This document shows positions 63,206-64,000 of a DNA stretch of 64,000 nt, piece after piece. The notes below the pieces were generated by a model. The model had not been told where the DNA came from, did not search any database, and saw only the letters and a program-made list of their open reading frames with translations. The position numbers and the translations under genes are program-made. The first letter of the stretch is position 1, and every line of letters starts with the position of its first letter. The DNA is from Candidatus Nanopelagicales bacterium (GTDB lineage: Bacteria > Actinomycetota > Actinomycetes > S36-B12 > UBA10799), in NCBI GenBank assembly GCA_041393775.1, contig JAWKJM010000003.1, positions 187,185-251,184 on the forward strand, written 5' to 3'.

Positions 63206-63685
63206 ATGACCACCTCCCGGGCTGCGGCTGCGGTACTCCTGCACGACCTGTCCCTGGATGACCTGAGGATCCTGCGCCAACGACTGACCGACGAGGAGGG
63301 CCGGGTTTCGTACTGGCGGCGCCTGTTCCAGGCGCGGTTGGACATGCTCGCCGACACCGGACCGGTGGACACCCACGACGTTCGCGCGGTCCTGCAGGAC
63401 GCCTCGCAGGCCCCGCGCCGCTGGCAGGCACTCGGGCTGCATCCCGCGGAGATCGACACCGCGATGCCTGAGGCGCAGTCCCTGTGGGCGCAGGTGATCG
63501 ACACCCAGGACGAGGATCAGCGGCAGGCGTACGTGGCGGTGCTGCGCTCAATGGAGATCTCCCTGTCCAAGAACCGGCGGGCCCTGCATCGGCAGATCGA
63601 CGCCGTGACCGAGGAACTCGTCGCCCGATACCGGACAAATCCGGCGCTGGCACTGACTGCCCTGCCCAAGCGCCGTCACGCTTAG
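63206..63685 (+). CDS. RsiG-like protein (putative c-di-GMP-binding anti-sigma factor family)
   Basis: EGRVSYWRRLFQARLD matches E-x3-S-x2-R-x3-Q-x3-D exactly; the second helix EISLSKNRRALHRQID matches apart from Q to H. Confidence 0.6.
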   Translation: MTTSRAAAAVLLHDLSLDDLRILRQRLTDEEGRVSYWRRLFQARLDMLADTGPVDTHDVRAVLQDASQAPRRWQALGLHPAEIDTAMPEAQSLWAQVIDTQDEDQRQAYVAVLRSMEISLSKNRRALHRQIDAVTEELVARYRTNPALALTALPKRRHA

Positions 63686-63730
63686 GTAAAGACAGGCACA
63701 AAGGGTGTGTCCTAGGCCACACTGAGACAC

Positions 63731-64000
63731 GTGGATGACGTCATACGCCAAGCGCCTCTGTTCGCCGCTCTCGATGACGAGGCGGCGGCGGCACTAGTGG
63801 CCTCGACCGTCGAGGTCAGGCTCGCCAAAGGCCAGGACCTGTTCCTCGAGGGCGAGCCGGGCGACCGCATGTTCGTGATCACCGAAGGCAAGGTGAAACT
63901 CGGGCACGCCGCGGCCGATGGCAGGGAGAGCCTGCTGGCCATTCTCGGGCCCGGCGAACTGCTCGGCGAGCTCTCGCTGTTCGATCCTGGACCGCGTACC
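63731..64000 (+). CDS. crp: Crp/Fnr-family cAMP receptor protein (5' part; runs off the right edge)
   Basis: GTG start; FLEGEPGDRMFVITEGKVKL and GELSLFDPGPRT cNMP-binding motifs. Confidence 0.9.
   Translation, partial: MDDVIRQAPLFAALDDEAAAALVASTVEVRLAKGQDLFLEGEPGDRMFVITEGKVKLGHAAADGRESLLAILGPGELLGELSLFDPGPRT

Overview
High-GC (roughly 70%) actinobacterial chromosome segment, gene-dense and mostly minus-strand. All calls come from reading the ORF translations and the DNA by eye; no database search was run. The backbone is conserved core whose order parallels M. tuberculosis Rv3646c-Rv3676: topA, tmk, holB, H+-pyrophosphatase, a STAS/anti-sigma pair, the Tad/Flp 'helicase/secretion neighbourhood' pilus genes, HAD hydrolase, a Cfa-like methyltransferase plus FAD oxidoreductase pair, ABC1 kinase, acs, nhaA, an EphE-like hydrolase, marP, NUDIX, nth and crp. 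A seven-gene ArsR-plus-hydrogenase-like operon has the same order as Rv0081-Rv0087. Three things stand out. (1) An 8.8-kb element sits in tRNA-Thr(CGT), bounded by perfect 43-bp direct repeats. It carries integrase, an Xis/AlpA-type HTH, PrimPol, DUF3631 and a P27-like small terminase, but no recognisable virion genes. That is a phage-satellite (PICI-like) layout. A decayed second integrase lies just outside it. (2) The hydrogenase-like operon is translationally coupled, and its large subunit has lost all NiFe-ligating cysteines (Ehr-like). (3) A dispersed, A/T-richer mosaic repeat family occupies six intergenic sites. It is built around a near-perfect 68-nt palindrome and GGTTAGAGA iterons. 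Two sites hold nested copies, one pair of copies brackets an AbiEi/DUF559-type gene between tmk and topA, and one cluster is flanked by a 105-bp duplication. Smaller observations include an RsiG-like protein with c-di-GMP-binding motifs, an acyl-ACP-reductase-like fusion protein, and an alpha/beta hydrolase lacking its nucleophile. Many long Arg/Pro-rich ORFs in the track are antisense shadows and are not annotated.
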